Part shown: positions 39,501 to 53,586 of the stretch, piece after piece | How the letters are laid out: every line of letters starts with the position of its first letter | Position numbering within the stretch: the stretch's first letter is position 1 | Assembly: GCA_964035545.1 (NCBI GenBank) | Contig: OZ037772.1 | Location: 10,104,818-10,168,817, forward strand | Reading direction: 5' to 3' | DNA from: Bugula neritina | Taxonomy: Eukaryota > Animalia > Bryozoa | Length of the DNA stretch: 64,000 nucleotides | Program-made: the position numbers and the translations under genes | The notes under the pieces: generated by a model | Told to the model about the DNA's origin: nothing | Seen by the model: the letters and a program-made list of their open reading frames with translations, nothing else | The model's database searches: none

Positions 39501-42500
39501 ATATTGCAAAAAACAAATCGGCATTTGTGAATTGTGCAAAATAGTATCCAATTTTATCAAGCTATCTTGAAGAAAAAATATTTGTTGAAATACCAAAAAT
39601 AATTGCCTCTTACTTAGAATTCTATGCTGATACTGAATTTAAAGACTGCAAGAGGCTATCTTAAATTACAACCAAGTTGTTTATATAAACATATATAGTC
39701 TAGAAGTAACCTCCCAAAAAGTGCTCAAAAAATTGGCTTATCACACTTTACCAAATGGCCACTCAAAAAAAGTTGTTTTTTGATCAGAATTTTGTGCTGA
39801 TTCTGAATCTGCAAACTCTAGAACTCTATCTCTACCCAAACTCAAGTTATTGCAAAAAACAAATCGACATTTTAGATGGACGTGATAAAAAGAAATGTGG
39901 ATTGTGCAAAATAGTATCCAATTTTATCAAGCTATCTTGAAGAAAAAATATTTGCTGAAATACCAAAAATTATTGCCTCTTACTTAGAATTCTATGCTGA
40001 TATTAAATTTAAAGACTGCAAGACGCTATCTCAAATTAAAACCAAGTTGTTTATATAAACATATGTGTTTGTTATGAATCGACATATATTGCATGAGGCA
40101 TAAGCATGCAGAATAATCATGTATGACCAAGCTATTTATGCAAAAATAAAAACAAAGTCATGCTGATGTGTGAAAAAACTATATTTATAAAATTATAGTA
40201 CAAAGTAAATGTTGAAATGAATAAATATTGAAATCTTTTGAGCTCAGCCCAAGTGAACCATTTGCTATATAGTCTGTGGGTAGCCGTTAAACGTCTGCAA
40301 AAATCAACAAGATTTTGTAAAATTATTTAGAAGAACAGAAGCATGAGAGATTATCAAAATCAAATTGGTTGCAGCAAAATATATAACAAATGTCTAAAAA
40401 TAGTGCTTTATTATGAAAAAGTATTCCCGTCACCATTGTCACTGCCATCAGTCTTATCAGCTTCTTCCCCAATATAGCGCTTCTTTTCAGACAATCCTTA
40501 CATTGACAAACATCAGTGTATGCACTGCATTTGAGATTTCTGACATCCACATCTTGATATGTTGCAGCTGGTCTTACAGGAGCAGTTTAAACTTTGCAAT
40601 ATACATGCTCAGGTGCGGAAGCTTGAATCATCTACTTTATATTTATGTTGCCATGATTCTCAACAATCTTTTCATAATGTTCTGGGGGTAGTGCATCAAT
40701 ATAGGCTGTTGTCACTCTTCTCCAAATGGCTACCTGATAATCTGCTCTTTTTACATGCAAATTTAATTCATCTTTTGTTGGAGGCAAACTCTATTAGGTT
40801 ATTTTAGTGTATCAGACATTATCTATATATGGATTTCCTGCTCCATAAAGCTTATAGACTAATTGTTCTACTTCAGCTAATGGCTTACAGCTTAAAATAC
40901 TTCCTATGTAAGGTGTTCAAAGTTTCCCATACATTATGGGAATTTTCTCAAAAAAGAGTAGGCTGTGCGCTACCCTTTTCCATAAAAAGCACTATAGTCG
41001 AATAAAAACCTGTTAAAGCATGAACTCTACCAAGTGCTGCACACAACTGCGGTTTGGATTTATTTGCTGCAATGTTGACATCCAAATATCTAATATGATT
41101 ATGGTTTCCTCCCAGCGAGACGCGGTTTTTATTTTGTTACCATATATATTAATATTACCTATATAACTGATGAATTGATTGCTAATATGCTAATAGCTAT
41201 ATGTAGTTAATACATATACTAATACTAATACTAATACTAATATAGTAATACATTAATAATAGACACTATCTTTAATGGATACTTATTAGCAAAATATTAT
41301 ATTTTTAAACAACAGACAAGATGTATAAAATATACAAAATTAATAAGTTAATGCAAATCAAAGGAATTTACTTACGTGCTAAATAACAAGCAATTGATCC
41401 AAGTTTATTTAAATATACATATATTTCAATAATATTAAAATAGGTTGCACATGAAAATACATTTTACCAAAATAAATAACTAGCATCTAAGTAGGAAATT
41501 TAGTCTAGCCTCTATCTGGCATGACACCATGATTACCACACCAGTGAAAAAAAATAATTGGTAAGAAGGTAATGTTTTGCAAATAGCGAGACTTAGGATG
41601 AAAGATTGAGATTTGATTATTACACGCGAGATTATGATGTTCATAAGATATTTTGCATGTAACGAAGTTTGTGTATCTGCTTCCTCATGATCTAATTGTA
41701 AGTATTTGAGTTGTGCTTCCTAAGGAATTCCACCATGTTTGGTAAAATTGTAGCGAACGCAATTTTTTTTGGTATGCATCAACTACAATAACAATATTGT
41801 TCTCTAAAATATTTTTACTCCATGTTTCACACAAAAATGCACCAGTCTCAAACTCAGCTTATTTTATTTGCTGATAAGAAATTATTATTTTTGTAACAAA
41901 TGGCACACATGAAAAAAGTACATGCCTATGATCTTTGAATGAGGCAGCCCAAGATCATTTTTCTAATGCATGGGTGGTCTAAATATAACCATATATATTA
42001 AACATTATAGGAAAGCTTTAGGGTATTTCTTCTGTAACTATAACTGAGATAAATTGGCTCTATAGTCATTATATCAAGATAGTATAAAAATATGCATTTG
42101 TTTTAAAAACCAAATTGCTTATGTATATATATATAGTTCAGCCTAAATTTATTAGCAAAGCTCAATTGTACACATTTAAAATATTATCTTCCGGAGTCCA
42201 GATCAACCAGCTCATGCTTCTCATTACTTTTTTGTAAAAGTAGTTAATATATAATAAAACTGGTGAAGAAAATCATTATCAGACACAGCTTTACTTATAA
42301 TTCGCCTTTTTTATAGCTGACCAATAATAATGTTTGCCTTATAACTGATAAACCCATTCCTTTGCTTGTTTTCGTCCAAATAATCCACTTTTTTCAGATT
42401 TTTTCACAAGAAAATCACTAGAAATAAACCCAGAGAAGTGAAAAACACATCTATGATTATCTGCAAAAGTTTTTGCTTGTATTTATAATAAACTAGCTTC

Positions 42501-44561
42501 AATAATTTCAAGATAATATTTAATGGATTTGGACAAAGTTGTGGGGAAACAACTCCTGTAACATTTAAAAGAGTTTTTGTGACTAATCGGGTGAACAGAA
42601 AAATTTAGAGTTTTTATAAAAGAAAAGTGAAAAAAGTATCTATAGTTATTAGCAAATTTATTTTGCTTATATAAAATAAATTAGCTTGAATAATTCCAAA
42701 ATATTTAGCCGATTCACAAAAACGTTAAGAGAAAACAACTCCTGATTGATTTCAAAAGTTTGAAGCGCTTTTGTGGCTAACTGGGTGCACAGAACTGTCT
42801 AGAGTTTTTACAGATTAATTAGGACCCTTCAAACTTTCTATTTCTAAAAAAATTGCGTGGCCACCCCTCGAAGTGTAATGAGTGAAAGATAATTGGAGGT
42901 TACTTCTAGACTAATAGAACAATTGTGTGAAAATCTCAGTGCTTTATTATTGTTGTTCTTCTCTATTGTCACAACTTTCTATAACTAGAAAAGCTAAGCT
43001 ATTTCAAAATAGCATTTAGGTTGCTCAATAACAAAGTATGTTTAATAAGGCATTACATTTCATTGATATGCACCAATGACCTCTAATATATTACATTGGA
43101 GAACTTGAACTGACTAGCTTTTGATTTAAATGTCTCCAATGACAACCTGAATACATTCTAATACTTTGACTTAAGGGTTTAGTAAAAAAGCTTGCTGTTA
43201 GCATTCAGTCAATCAAATAACTGTGTTCCCTCTTCTTTTTGTAAATAATTTTTGATATACAAGTATCTGTATCTAACCCTACACTCTGGTTATAGTACCA
43301 TGTCATAGTGACATATAATATCTCTATTGACTTCACAGTAAAGCAAACTATAGGTTTCTGTTTGTATAGGATATATTACAACTCATCTCAAAGCTGCCAT
43401 ATTGTCACACAACTCCTACTATAATCTCCCAATGAAACAAGTTTTACGATTTGGAACCTATTTATAGCACCTGATTTTAAGATATATTATATTACATAAC
43501 AGACTACATATAATAAATCATGTGGCAGTACAAACATTTATTATTGTGATTCTGCCCTGATAAAATATATTTAACTCAAACCATAGCTACTGAGTTGTGT
43601 AGGGTTTGGTTATGCAACCAAAAATTAAAGGAATAGACTAAAGAAATAAAAGAGTTATATTGTATGAAATAATAGATCTATTGGGTGCAATTTCTTTTGT
43701 CCTTTTGTGTATTGTATTATGACTACTTCACAAAACTAGAAAAACTTGACTAATTCTCAAAAGCGTAAGGAAACAAAGCATGTTTTGTTTAACATTCCTC
43801 ATACCAATACATTCATCTACTATTCACAATCTAAATATAAGAAAGTGGCAGGTGTTGAAAAACTTCCAAGAGACTACAACTGCATTCGAACCATGAATTT
43901 ACTTTTAAACCTAATCTACTTGATGATGACTTTATTACATTGTGAATGATTCAACTTACAAAAACCCTAAAATAAAATATAAACTGAGACCAGCTTTATA
44001 GTGCCGATCATGACCTTAACCTTAGCATAAGTAAAATATCAAAACTTTATTAGACATGTTGATTATTGAAGTAGTTTTCAGTATTAGGCACTAAAATCAC
44101 TGGAACGCTACTCTAAAGACCTCAACTACAAATTTTTACAATACTGTATCTACGTAAAGCACCTGGTTGTATTATCTATACCGTAAATAATAAAGTTCTT
44201 ATAATACAAAATAAATTCTTATAAAACATCTTATAATACCAATATGCCAATATCGGCTTATTCTACTTGTTAATATTATATAAATTGGGATATCTACTGT
44301 ACATAGCATGAACCATGAAATGATAAATAAACATATTATGTTATGAAATATATATGACATTATGTAAAATATTATACTATATGTTATGATATTATTCACT
44401 TACCGACATATTCCACATTTAAGAGCATTTAGCCTTCCATAGAATTCATTCAAACACTTGTCACAGTGTGGGTGAGTACAAGGTAGTGCCTTACATTCCT
44501 CTAACTTGAAATGGGATAAACAAATAGTACATCTCACCATTTGTTGTGGTTTAGAAGCCAT
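33599..44561 (-). CDS. TRIM-like protein copy C, ~606 aa (6-kb intron after the RING exon)
   Basis: Exons 44561-44404, 38381-38216, 37752-37569, 37477-37293, 37106-36936, 35872-35761, 34603-33890 and 33729-33599; open frame ending FYQLKVN*. Confidence 0.88.
35256..35543 (+). mobile_element. tRNA-derived SINE with inverted 5' duplication, in copy C intron (same insertion as in B)
   Basis: Same TSD AGTGAAATAC and near-identical sequence to 24093-24380. Confidence 0.8.
36461..36762. mobile_element. hAT-like MITE in copy C intron (same insertion as in B)
   Basis: Near-identical to 25301-25603; flanks CATTATAG / TATTATAG. Confidence 0.6.
39350..42913 (-). mobile_element. Academ-superfamily DNA transposon, decayed deletion derivative
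   Basis: 19-bp perfect TIR TAGTCTAGAAGTAACCTCC / GGAGGTTACTTCTAGACTA with TAG..CTA termini and a 3-bp TSD ATA. Broken minus-strand ORF at ~41050-40480: HALTG..SAFYGKG (XPG-like), LPPTKDELNLHVKRADYQVAIW, APE..LNCSCKTSCNISRCGC..C/TDVCQC (Cys-rich finger). Confidence 0.8.
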
Positions 44562-44990
44562 TTTGTCCTACAAGTAGATTAGTATGAGTGCTGTTATTAT
44601 TTGCAAGTATTATAACACAAGTGCAATAGGTATGTGTTTTTTTATTAAATAGCATAAATATAAGAAGTATAGTATCCAATGCTCATTATATTATATAACA
44701 TATACTGCATAGTGGAAACATCTTTACTGTAACTACAGTACTTACAACATTATATTAAAACACTACACATATGAATACCCCTAACAGGTACTCCATGTCA
44801 CCCAGAGTACTTAAAGCAGCTGAAACATATAATAAAATGTATAAATACTAAAATTGCTTTGCTGCTCAACTACATTAATAATAATACTTGGAATAGCGTA
44901 AATGTATTTTGTTTTAAATAAACTAGCAATGTAAATAATTACCAGCTCAAAAGTGACAAGTTAAAGTAATAAAGTTGTTAGACTAATTAC

Positions 44991-45170
44991 CTGTATTTTG
45001 TGATCAATGAAGTACTTGCTGTTTCCACACACTCCTCTGAAAGCTACAACAATCCAGTCTTAAATGAAACTGCAGATCTTAATAAACAACTCATGACTCA
45101 TTGTAGGGAACTGGAATTTCCAATTAGGGCGGAGTTATTAACTTCCTTTTTGTGTGTCCAATCAGAATAG
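44991..45170 (-). promoter_or_regulatory. Putative promoter and non-coding exon 1 of copy C
   Basis: Homologous to 11200-11373. On the + strand: AAATGAAACT 45062, TGACTCA 45094-45100, TGGAATTTCC 45112-45121, GGGCGG, ACTTCC and CCAAT. Confidence 0.6.
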
Positions 45171-47395
45171 TGGATCTATTCTGTAAGTCTATTCATAGCT
45201 ATCATAGAATTTGTTGTGTACATAGAAATTCATTGTTTGCTAACTATTGAGAGATATTGATTTCTTCCACCAATGAAAAAGAGAGTGACTTGTAAATTAA
45301 TTGCCTGTACCGGACTTGCAAGCAGGCTCGATAACCAATTACACTATAACAGGGGCTTCGGGATTGCAAACAAAATAACTTACTAGTAAAGCTCATCTAT
45401 GTATTTTCATTATTTATACTTTAGTTTAGTATAACTAACATGTGACTAGCTTTATAAAGTGTTGGTTGTATATGTTGTGTTAAAATACATGAATATCGTA
45501 GTAGAGGTAGCATGTAACAGTGTTGATTATTAAATAGACAGAACTTGTCTCCTAATATTTCTATAACTATAACGCATCACAGTATACAAAAACTATAATT
45601 TTAAGTAACCATGCTCTGTGCAATGTTCACTAGTATATAGAGATATATAAGGTTGTGAGAAGTATGCAGAAAGTTATAAGAAAACTTTATTTTTTTGTAT
45701 AATAATATGGTCTGCATAGCTTAATGTATAAAATCTCAGCTTTCTTGTTGTGCATCGCATAGAAATAAAGTTAAGTTTGTAAAAATGCTTAAAGATTTTT
45801 GGTAAGCAGAATGTGATGGTTGACAAAACTTTACCGAGACACTAAATTTTTTGCGTACAGCAGGACACTATGTTGGCTTGATCACTTCTTTCATCATATT
45901 ACATTTAAACTTCAAATAATTACTTACTGAAAAAGAAAATTTTTTATTGCAAATGTTTTGTAAAAAGGTTATGCTATTTTACCAGATGGAAAGTAGCTAA
46001 GTTTTAATTAAAGAAATAACAGCAATATTTACTCAAAAATCTAACAGTTGGTATTTTTTGTAGATATATAGCAAAAGGTTTTTGGTGAAAGCTTAGCTTA
46101 TGTATGTATGCACCATTTGTAGTGCAAGCATAAAAGCTATAGCAGAGAAGGCTGTACTAAAATTATTGATGGTTTAATACTCTAGGAAAAATATATTCAC
46201 ATAAAATAACTAATTGTTAGAGTTTATATTATATCACAGGAAAGGTATCGCTGTGTAAAAGCTCTAGCTAGTTGAAGTTATTGTGCAGTTTTACTATGCA
46301 GAAAGATAACTCCAAGGAAATCTGTAGTATAAAATACACACCTTAAAATTGGAAAATATTTAAAATAAGAGTGGATGGAATTTTGGAATTTCAGTTTATT
46401 AGCTGAAGATCAATTATTTAATAAAAAGAAATCATATATTCATCAAAGAAACTCCTTATTGCAAAGGAATATAATGTGCTATTTTTCGCTACTGGTAATA
46501 ATTCTATATCTTAATTAAAAACAGCTTCACAGCATGTCATATATCTCAATCCAACACAGCAATCTGTTCATATCAATAAGAAAATTTGATGCGTTGGTTA
46601 TTTTTACGAAAGCAAACATACAAAATTAATTTGGTATGATAACAAATAACAAAAGTTTAGTTGAGGAAAATAATAAAAACCGAACAAAGATTACATAATA
46701 TATATCTAGCCATCACCAGCTAAAATTTTCGTATAAAGTTTTAAAACTTGCAGAAATTATTTGTGTATAACTGATACAAAGAACGGTAGACTGGATTTTT
46801 CAGCATACAATACACCAGTAATACAAATAGTGTGATATTAATGAATCAAATACAGTCCTTGTAGTGTTATAGTCTGTCTGTAGTCCACTGTAAAGCAAAA
46901 GCATGCAAACACTCTTAGGGGGGTACTTGACATGGTGGACTGAATAAAGAGTTGTGGTGTACTGGGAAGGTAACTCCTTATGTATGACTCAACATGATGT
47001 GCTCTACAAACCATAGAAAAGCTGTCTAGTATATACAATATCTGAATATCTGACATAGTATAACATAAAATTAGTATGACTCGTTAGTATGCATTATATG
47101 TATTATAAACAGCTGCTTTATAAGTTGACTATCAGTTAATAAGTCATCAGAGGAGATAACTGGTAATAATGTGCACACTAATAGTTAACCAACCATGCAT
47201 AATATTATAATACTATAAAGAGTCATAATATTTTCATGCAATAAAATGCAATACAACACACAATATTATACAACAAGATGCAATGTAAAACTATTCAATG
47301 CAAAGCAGCATTAGAAAAATGAATTAGAAAAGCACTCAGTACCTCTCACAACATTTACTAACCTTTATTGGAGTATCCCAGTCTATTAGTTCACT

Positions 47396-50300
47396 TTACT
47401 TCAGCTGATAGAACTTGACTTGTCCATTAGAAGACCGAACTGAAACTACTAGAGTAGAGCCAGTGATGTGGAGATCAGGTATGAAACTGTTTTCAATAGA
47501 CATCCTGGCTATTAACTTGCCTGTTGAGATAAAAGACATAATGGTCCTTTTTAGGAATCAAAGATAATATAAAGAGAGTGCAGTTTATTTGTAGCTAATA
47601 ACTAAATATGAATGAACTAATTTCATCAAATAATAATGCATGCATATCATACACTTGATATATTCTACACAGTAACTAACCTGTATGTAATGATAGTACA
47701 CAGAGTGGGGAAGGTACAGCATCATCAACCACAAGTACAAACTCATCTCTATAGCAGGTTACTCCACAAGGTTCAGCCACATCCTTACACTGCCAGATGA
47801 TGTCACCTGATGAGGTGTCTACTTTGTATACTAGAGATGAGTGATACTGAGATATAATAATTGTGTTATTATCTGCAGCAGACAGATGTACAGTAGCATC
47901 AGTGAGTAGAGGACAGAGTAAAGTGTTTACTACCTCTCCATTCAGAGAGTAGAATATTACAGTCTTATTCTGCCTATCAGGAATAGCTATCTGATTGTTT
48001 ATGATGGCAAGCTGATTTAGCCACATTGATTTATCATCTGTATGAGTCCAGCTGATGATGAACCTCCCTTCAAGGTCATGAACTCTTACAGTTGGATCAG
48101 AAGACAGAGTATATATCCTATCATTATGTACTGAGATGTACATCACACTGCTACCTTTAATAGAGATGAATGATTTAGTTACTCTGTTGTTCTCATCTAT
48201 CCTGTCTACACCTTCAACACACCCAGCATATGTGACACCTTTATAGGTGTGGACAGACTCACAGAATGGAGAAACTTTAGCAGTGCTTATCAGTTCTACA
48301 GACTTGGGTGGTGGAGGTGAGACAACCAGTCCTTGTTCAGGAGTTATACTTGCTCTCTTTTCATTGGTCAATTCAATCTCGGTATCTCTTTTCTCTTCTG
48401 TGATAAAAATTAATATTGACATGCATGACATGGTAATATAATATAAAACACAGCTGATACATCAGAAAAGCATTTTTGGGCTCCGCTACACAAACAGTAG
48501 TGCTATAGCAACACTGCAATGATCATGCACTTTCCATTTAAAAATTAATTTTATAAGTTTGATTTTTTAGACCAGATTATTTTTATGGGAATCGACTATT
48601 GAAAAAAATTTACTGCGGAAAAAAATCAGCAGCTGCGTTCATGTCAACAAAATATTAAAATCAATTTTAATGATATTCTATTTAGTGATATACTACTATA
48701 TTAAATTAGGTTATGTTCACCAAAAACTTGTATTAGTTTTCTCCAAGAGTAAGCACAGCTATTGCACAAATGTGTAAATTTATAGAATAGTTGAGAGAAG
48801 TATACAGATTGGGGGAGATGTAGGCCACTTCCTCCTCAGTGTAAATTAAATACTAAAGATTCCCACTAACTATATTTACCATATAACCTGGTTTAATAAG
48901 ATATTGTAGGGGTGTACGTATAATAGAGGTGTAGTGTGGCAATAGTAAAAACCTAGTTTCTGAAAATAATAGTGCCTTAACATCACGTTAGTTTGAATCA
49001 GTATTTATAATATATTTTTACAACACAGATCAAAAAAGTGAAATACAAGATGATAAAAATGTAACAGCTTGAAACATAGCTATAGCTAACATGCATATAT
49101 ATACCTCAAATTCAAAAGTCAAAATATACTTACTTGATTATGTTACCTAAATACGGTTAGATAAAAAAGTGTCATAAAAATAAATAGGGTTATTAAGCTA
49201 TTCAATATCTTGTTTCAGGTAGTTTTGCATATTGATAACATAAAACTGACCTTTAACATATATAAAACTGACCTTTGACCTCCACAGATGTTACAGGATC
49301 AAAATGTGCCAACTTAGGAATCTCTTCTGTCAACAGTCTATCAATCTCCTTCTTCATATCACGGTATGACTTGATGATGTCAACCTAACAATATTACATA
49401 TACATACAATGTGACACTGTGTAGCAGGTGTTTGGAAGTTGTATGCTAGTATAGAAAACGCCAGTTTTGAGTATGAACAATAAGACCAACAACAATGCTG
49501 TATTTGAAACCAACAAAACCATCTAAAAAACAGCATTGCATTAATATGCGTTGCAATGCAAAAAATTGCAATATTGAGAGTGAAAAGCACAATTTAGAAC
49601 AAGAAGCATTTACAAACGAATGGGCAAACTTTACACTAAATATCTGCTGTGCCCTACATGGATCATACAGTGTCCTATAGTATTATACAGTTTCCTATAG
49701 TATTATACAGTGTCCTATAGTATTATACGGTGTCCTATAGTATTATACAGTATCCTATAGTATTATACAGTGTCCTATAGTATTATACAGTACTCTATAG
49801 TATTATACAGTGTCCTATAGTATTATACAGTATCCTATAGTATTATATACAGTGTCCTATAGTATTATACAGTGTTATTTAGTGTTATACAGTATGCTGT
49901 AGTATTAGGCAGTATTCTATATAGTGTCGAGAATTCTTTTCATTACATTATATCTATTTATATTACTTGAATGATCTATATAAGATGTTAAATATAAAAT
50001 ATCAAACTGCCACAGATACACACACCATAACATCTACTATTCATCCATACTCTGTAGCTAACCTCATGACTTTGGTCTAACTTAGCCTCGATTCCTTCTC
50101 TGTGATTGTAAAGCTCACGGTATCTAACCCCCACTTCCTCTACCATGAAATTCACTGCCTGACTCTCAGTCTTTTCTCTCTTCTCCACCAGTTCTTTCTC
50201 CAGTTCGTCATACTTCTGTTGAATAGCTGCTATCTAAATACAGTCACATTAAATGTTAGACAAGCTAGAAAAATTTGAAGAGTGTCTGAGTGTATAATCA

Positions 50301-51895
50301 TCTTACATTTCCCAAAAAAGTAACTTATCTCAGATGGCTATACAGAGAACTATAAACAAACTCTCACAGCTTCTATAATATGATCTTTATAATTATATCA
50401 AACTTAAAAACCATGTAATAATCACCTGATCATCACGCTGTGTCCTTATCAAAACCAATAAATTTTTGGTTTCAGTTCTGAACTCATCAATGCTTGCAGC
50501 TATCTGTTTGTAATAACCAGACAAGTTGTCTTCTCTTGTCTTTAACTTTGTGATTTCCACCAGTTGCATTGTTAAATCTTTCAATGTCAAGAGTGTATGC
50601 TGTGATGTACCTGAAGTAATATATACAAAGTAATGTATAAGCTGTTGTGTACCTGAATCATGTAATATATATAGCAAGTAAACAGAAGAATAGACACTTA
50701 CCATCATAACATACACCAGCTGTAGATACACATTGAGTACAGAGTAGTTTGAGACAGACTTTACAACCCAAAGAATACTCTACGTCTGCATGTGTCTCAC
50801 ACATTCTCTTCTCTAATTTAGCAGCGCGAGCTATATACTCTGTCATATTAATTCTAGAATGTTCCTCGGCCAGATTGTCATGGTCCTAAGACAAATATAT
50901 ACAAAAGAGTTTGTGGCTTACTAACGATATTACATCTAAGATTGCATATATACATTATAATGGTTTTAATGTCATGATCATATAATGCCTAAAGTATATA
51001 TGCAATAGTATACAATTTAAAAATATTTAAAGATATATTGTACAATCTATTACAATAAAAGCATGGATGTAAGAAATCAATCTTGAGAGTTATGTCTCCT
51101 TGATCATAACTTTTATCTTATGTATAATAAACTACAGCATGCTGATCGATAAATTTTAGGAGGTAAAGACACAAAACCAATTCATGTAAGCAAATGAGTG
51201 AAAACAAGTGAAACCAAATGAATGTTTTCGATTGATGAATCAAATCAAATATTGTAAATAATTTGTTGCAAAGCTGATTAAATTATTTCTCTGCAAAGTA
51301 TCACCAAAATCTCAAGCTTTTAGTTTCAGAATATCACATATAAGGATATATACACAGAAAACACGAAAAATAGTGTTAACTTACAATGACATGTTTAGCA
51401 CAGTACAGTTTGGAACAAACTAAACAATACACCAGAGCAGGTTTATCATTCACTCCTGACTTTGTACAGACTTCACAGAGTATAGACTTGTCTATCTGTT
51501 TCATCTGGTCTGCTGTTGGTAACTTATCAGGTGTTGTATTGAACACTTGTCTGTAACATGAATGATAAATTTATTGTTGATAGATCATCAATTAGTTTTA
51601 TCTTAGAGAACATTTATCAATCAACGCTCATAGTATAATTCGCTCTGTTCCACCTTGTGATATTATATTAACTGTGATGTATACTAGACAGCAGACGTAG
51701 CGAAAACCACATAGCAAATACTTTGACATAAACTTACCGACATATTCCACATTTAAGAGCATTTAGCCTTCCATAGAATTCATTCAAACACTTGTCACAG
51801 TGTGGGTGAGTACAAGGCAGTGCCTTAATTTCCTCTAACTTGAGTTTAGATAAACAAATAGTACATCTCACCATCTGTTGTGGTTTGGATGCCAT
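47396..51895 (-). CDS. TRIM-like protein copy D, ~605 aa
   Basis: Exons 51895-51738, 51550-51385, 50885-50702, 50610-50426, 50233-50063, 49384-49273, 48397-47681 and 47520-47396; open frame. Confidence 0.9.
49667..49900. repeat. 20-bp minisatellite (CAGTGTCCTATAGTATTATA)n
   Basis: About 10 near-perfect units in copy D; degenerate versions at the same intron position in B (~25020-25300) and C (~36175-36460). Confidence 0.9.
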
Positions 51896-52461
51896 TTTGT
51901 TCTACAATTACATCATATTAGGACGACACAATCACGTTGATCACAATGATTTCAGAGCAGTTATCAATACTTATACAAGTGGATGGCAAGAGAATTAAAA
52001 GAAGATTTGGACATTGCCCAAGTTAAAAGAACAGCAAACAATTCTATCATCAACTATCTGATATTAATATTGAATTATTTACATCTACATCTAGCAAGGG
52101 CTGACACTAGACTAGGTAGTAACTTTGCGTTCGAGGCTGTCGTCATTTCGACTGTGGTGTTAACCAACTTACAGTTAGTGATTCATTAACTTTCAACCTA
52201 TTATTGTTAAAGTTAATAATTAATTCATTATGAAAATGACAATACCTTTATCATTCATTTTGATATTAGTTAAGTGAGACTGAGAGCAAGCATTGCAATC
52301 TGCCAGTCACAATCACAATGACAATCACAGTGGCAATGATGTATTTTTAAAACTAATGACAATCACAATGTGATGGATGATTACAGTTAATGTTATAACC
52401 ATAATCCTAATAGCTAGAGGTAAAAGTTGAATGTAAATATGGTAAATTAAAATTGACTCAC

Positions 52462-52645
52462 CAAAAAAGTGTTCACTGAGTGACTCAGGTTCTTCAATTC
52501 TAATAGTAATTGTGTTCAATCGAATGGATATGATTGACCTACTTCTAGTTCTACTCAAAACTGCTTTGCAAGCTGCTGCGAGGAAGTTGAAAATGAAACT
52601 GCGCTACAGATGAGTAATAGAAATTTCCCGAGTTGGAAATTTTAC
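52462..52645 (-). promoter_or_regulatory. Putative non-coding exon 1/promoter of copy D with ISRE and kB-like sites
   Basis: Donor TTG|GTGAGT at 52461; GAAAATGAAACT at 52589-52600 (exact AGTTTCNNTTTC on the minus strand); adjacent GGAAGT; GAAATTTCCC at 52620-52629; TGACTCA at 52481. Confidence 0.5.
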
Positions 52646-53586
52646 GTACTATAGATGAAGTCTGCAAAACAGACGTTGCTGAATCATTTGTTCACCAAGA
52701 ATAATTCCGATGTTACATTAGCCGAAAGCTGTACTGCATTTGACGCAATAGCGATGTGAAGAGCAGACTACTCTTACACTACAATTCTCTCTCAATAGCA
52801 ATAATATAATAACTATTATCCATCAGTTATTAAAAGCTAACACATTTCTTTATTCAAAATCTTAAGCATCCGAAACAAATTGTTTATTAGATTGCATTGG
52901 TAGCTGCATATCCTAAGAGGAGTAAAATGTTTGGCCAAAAAAGTCACAAATCTGTGCATTAACCATCTAACACTGACCTGCACCTTTCTCTATTACTACT
53001 ATGAGTTATACTATATTATAGACTTGAAATAAATTGTAGTCAGTGGAGTCAGTGAATCATTTCCTTTTATTGGCTTTGCAGAATAATTTCTTGCTTATAT
53101 CCAATATTTTAGTCACATCAAATGATATAGTATGACTCTAACAAGTAGCATGTAATGGCGAAGGTATATAGAAGCTTATAAGATTTATAAACAGGTATTT
53201 TATAGTTGTGTATTTTACTTTTTATATCAAAAGCATATCATGTAACCTGCCAGTCTATTAACATATCCCAATCATTGTCACATACTGGAGACCATTATAA
53301 ACCAACAACTAATAAAATGAAACTTGCTTATCATTGTCATTTGTCATCTTTGACCTAGTTTAAATACAAGCCAATCAGAATTGATTTAAATACTGAGATT
53401 TATTTACAATAATACAAAAGTCATAAACTCTAAATGATAAAAACTATAGTAGGCTATATAATATAACTATAATAAATTATTCAGCACTTTGACACAATGT
53501 CCGCTGTGACTTAGTGCACTCTGTTTATCACACTGACTAGGTTGAGACGGGTACAAGTTACTCGTACAGTACAATACTAGATAGCC

